From: Balanoglossus misakiensis
Taxonomy: Eukaryota > Animalia > Hemichordata
Assembly: GCA_040954595.2 (NCBI GenBank)
Contig: CM082579.2
Span: 3,337,227 to 3,401,226 of the forward strand
Direction of reading: 5' to 3'
DNA length: 64,000 nt
A program made the position numbers and the translations under genes. Below, one piece after another: positions 60,101 through 64,000 of the stretch. Each line of letters starts with the position of its first letter. Position 1 is the stretch's first letter. Under the pieces are notes generated by a model. That model worked only from the letters and a program-made list of their open reading frames with translations. It was not told the DNA's origin and ran no database searches.

Positions 60101-63100
60101 TCCTGGCATTGAGTGACAGACAAAGCAAAGCCGAACGGCAGAATTTAATAAAAAGTTGCCATTGCGAATTTCTATGTCATTTAACACCTGAAAGGTTACC
60201 TGGAAATTGGTTTGTCAGATAATGAAATATTCACAAACAGTTCCTGGTGGCGTATCCAACAGCTTTATACAGTTTGTCAGTCCTGTTGATGAACAGTGTT
60301 TCATACGGCCAGGGAAATCAAAAAGTAAATTAATTATTGAATGAACAGATTCTGAGTATAGTAATTTATCATAGGTATATACATGTCATCCGCTCCCAGA
60401 AAGTAATAGTTTTTTTTTGGTGCAATTAATTAAAATTAATCCAGTACAAATTGATTTGAAGAGAAGCATTTATAACATCTGTATGAATGCCATCAAATTG
60501 TAATTAGACGATCACACAGTTCTTGTTAGATTCATTAGTCTGATTTGTACATGCTATGTTTAATAAGCAAATTCGCTCAAATCTTCTGAGTTGCACTGAA
60601 TACCTGTGAAGGCCTGGTTATATATATGCTTCTTAGGCATGCGTGTTTGGCCTCAAGGGTTTTGTCCACAAAGGACATGGCCATAACTCATCAGCATGCT
60701 GCGTATTTCATTTTAATTTTGCATTCTGGTGTGAAACTGTCGGTTTTGGAAATCGCTCGAAGCATGATAGTGATGGATAGCAGCTTCTAACATGCACATT
60801 CGAACAATATTGGCTATTGAGTTCACACCATGTCTGAATGGAACAGTCCTCACAGCCAGGAAAGATGTCGGCAGCCATTTGCTAGTTAGAGAAACTTCAC
60901 ACAGAAATGATTTAAGCCTGGAATTAATTTCTCACAAAGTTCTCACATTTCATATACCAGTACACACCCTGCCCATCTCGTATTCCAACCTTGTGGTTAT
61001 TTTGGTGGTAATTTTAAAACAAAATCTGTACGCCATGTGTTCATTCAGTTATTATTCCCAGATCATCGTACTTCTGGAGATTTTTCTCATTTGAAATTAC
61101 TCATTGCCCTGGTATGTGTGGGCCCGACCCCATAAATCCTTGGTCCTGCCATATATGCCGTTGTTTTATCAGTTGGCTCTGGAATAGAAATTTTCCAGAA
61201 CCTGACCAGCCACCCACCCACCCACCCACTCTCTGCACAAGGCTACCCATGCATAAACATTTAAAATTGCAAAGAGCCAGACTGACTCTGTTAGAAAGAC
61301 ATAAATGAGATAAGTTTTAAAAGAGAGGAGATTGCAATGCTTTCCACAAGATAGAGCTAGCTTGCATGTGGGTCATTTCTGAACCATAAAGTGTTGCAGG
61401 CATATTTCCTGGCTTCGCAAAGGCTAATGAGTTGGGACCATGATTAATGGATAGCCATTATAAAATCACTTGTATCATTTTAGAAAGTGTCTGTGCTTTC
61501 AAGGTACATGTGATTAGGCCTGCTAATGTTGAAATAAAGGCAGATTGAAATGTCACAGGTTTAAAGCTACGGTGGGTACTTTTATAGATGGTACAGCACG
61601 ATTGCTTTGTACGGAGAGCAATCAAGAACATCAAATAATGTCTGTGTAAAAGCCCACAGCAAATAATTCACTGTTGTCAGGCTGTGTAATAACACACCAT
61701 CCAGTTGTTTTATTGTGTTGATTTTGGTTAGCACACACTATCAATTAATAATGGCGACAGAAATATTACAAATCAAGAAGCATGTTTAAGCGATTGCCCG
61801 AAGCTCGAAGCATTTGGCTGTGTGAGTAAGTCTAAGAAGACAAATCTGGTTATGTACGTGTGTGTGATTTTATCTATCAAAAGAATATTGTCATTCAATT
61901 TAATTACAGTGTACTAGCTGTGAAAACTACACTCATAGCTATTGGGAGTTTTCAAGATATTAAGTTGTACGTAGAATGTCATTCAAATTTATTGCCTGTA
62001 TGTATTGCTGTTTTATGGCATATAAAAATGACGATATTGGAAAATGTAAGTGTAGGTTTGAAATTTCATGCGTTCTCCTTTACTTGTTATGGCGCATCAG
62101 ACAGACACCATATTGCGGCTTTTAATGCGGTAGCTTGATACGTTGTTTGAAGTCGAGAATAAAAAGTGAGTTACAGCCTGTCTTGCTGTCTTGCAGGATC
62201 AGCCATTAGTGCTGGAATCGGCTCGGAATATAACCCTTAATTTACGCAATACAGAAGGTAATGTGACAGGAAGACTGCTCGTAGGTAAGTGGGCACCGCA
62301 TGACATTTCCACAGAGGCTGGCTAATGATGTAATGCTGCTTCTTATTTCAGGCATTAAGATCTTTCTCGTGTGGTATTGGCACTCATTATTGTTACATTT
62401 TTGTCTACATTATATCACACAACACATTACATTGCAGACTGGACTAGTTGAGTAATAAAATCTGCTGATCCATAGATCTCATTTCACGTCTGGTTTCTCT
62501 TCTGCAGGATCCAGAGATCTTGTGTCGCATCACAAGGAGTTTCTGGTGGAGACGCCCGAGGGTAAAGTGCTACTTCGTGCCAATGATGACGAAGTGGTCA
62601 TTGGAGCAGACCGGTTTAGAATCACAGGTATGTTTGCTTTTATCTTTGTTTCTTCCATGTTGGATCATGATTTCACCACTGAGTTCTGTGTGATAACATT
62701 CAACAGTTGTATAGTGTAGGCTACAAAATAATCCCCTATCATATGATACTTCATCATAGGTGCTGAAGGTGCTGTTTTTGAAGGTTCGATACAAACCCCA
62801 CATATCAGAGCAGAAGCAAGAGAAGAACTCAAGTGAGTGGTTGCTCTTTTGTCTGAGTGAATTCTCCATGGTAACCCAGTGGTATAGATAATTCCTGATC
62901 ATTGGTCAAAATATCTCCACAACTTGACATGTGACCATACTCCGCCACTTAAATTAATTGGACTGCTTGTGCCCACATTGCAGTGGTCCAGCCTTCTTTC
63001 CACTGTGACTTTAAGGAAGTTTTCAACCTTTGTGTTTCCACAGACTGGAATCCACCACAAGATCACTGTACATGCAGGCCCCACAGGGCATACTTCTAGA

Positions 63101-63348
63101 TGCTGAGGGTGGCGACTTCACTGCCAAGTGTAGGACAGATCTCAGGCTAGAATCAAAAGAGGGGTCGGTACGTATCACCAATGAGCTTTCTTGGGTCTTC
63201 CGGTGTCACTAGTGAAACTGATGCTCACAACTAAACAGGATGAATTAATCAGAGAACAAACCTAATCTAGTAATAATCCGATCTGCATCTGAATCTCAAC
63301 ATCAAATTAATGATGACAGCCACTGACTGTAATGTTGGCCTACTGACG

Positions 63349-63394
<46 letters not shown>

Positions 63395-63577
63395 CCTCTC
63401 AAATAACAGATCATGCTTGACACCAAGAACGTGGAATTCAAGAACCTGCAGATGAGCGAGTCAGGACAGGCCACATACACAGATGTCTACGAACTCTGTA
63501 CATGTGCCAGTGGGAAGCTCTTTATAGCCGATGCCATGTCTGGTTGCAAAGCTTCACCTGGCCTGTGTCCTGACTAA
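57113..63577 (+). CDS. Delta/gamma/zeta-type sarcoglycan, 7 coding exons, ~291 aa
   Basis: [12 protein letters not shown] + TM helix + [15 protein letters not shown]|[66 protein letters not shown] and C-terminal [13 protein letters not shown]...C...C. Exons 57113-57313, 58366-58467, 62197-62284, 62508-62627, 62760-62832, 63044-63167, 63410-63577 join in frame (876 nt). Confidence 0.93.
63351..63390. repeat. (TC)n microsatellite at the last sarcoglycan acceptor
   Basis: Perfect dinucleotide run ending ~20 nt before the AG at 63408-63409. Confidence 0.92.
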
Positions 63578-64000
63578 GAAACCTTGGACTGAGGCAACAT
63601 TCTGAGTTGTGGGACAGTTCCTAGCCAGGATGGTGGCTATCTCAAAGGGTTTTAACTTTTCTTTAATTAAGTCTGTTCTGTTTTATGTTTCATTTTGTTA
63701 TTGTTGATGTTTTTCAGTTTGGGCTAAAAACGTATCATATTTCCTTTTTGTCCATGTATTGCTTGTACACTGTAAGCATGTCATCTTAGTTTCAATACTT
63801 TGGTCATTCTTTTTACCTTGCACCAGTATTTATCATAATCTTTTCACAAAGACAACATTTAAATTACATTTATCATATAAAAATGTAAACACCAAAACAG
63901 GTCAAGTTCCCGATGGGCAGCAGTAATTATTATTCATTCATTTTAACATAACACGTTCAAAATCCATTTTCTTTTATCCATGAATAAATACCATGTATTG

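Noticed and set aside
58468-62196. Nested gene or miRNA in the long sarcoglycan intron
   Set aside because: Only short uninformative ORFs and no convincing hairpin by eye; would need an Rfam/miRNA search.

Overview
Eukaryotic (metazoan, most likely a marine invertebrate; species not identifiable from sequence alone) gene-dense genomic DNA with short GT-AG introns. There are no prokaryotic features, CRISPR arrays or recognisable RNA genes. From left to right: a homogeneous 87-bp satellite array (1-~7010, decaying to ~7530) lying inside an intron of, or truncating, a multi-exon SVEP1/polydom-like gene (-); a JADE PHD-finger gene (-); an intronless FKRP/LicD-family gene (-); a short group III secretory phospholipase A2 (+); SRD5A3 (+); an intronless BTB-BACK-Kelch gene (-); a gamma-glutamyltransferase-family gene with altered glutamate-binding residues (-); MAGT1/TUSC3 (-); and, head-to-head with it, a delta/gamma/zeta-type sarcoglycan (+). 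The most striking observation is in MAGT1/TUSC3. Two tandem 64-nt paralogous exons (51442-51505, 51021-51084) each have a U2-type acceptor and a U12-type donor (GTATCCTTT), and they share one downstream U12 branch point (CCTTAAC). This architecture would force mutually exclusive splicing through major/minor spliceosome incompatibility, as known for vertebrate JNK genes. Several MITE-like palindromic elements are also present. Exon coordinates were read by eye and some may be off by a few bases.
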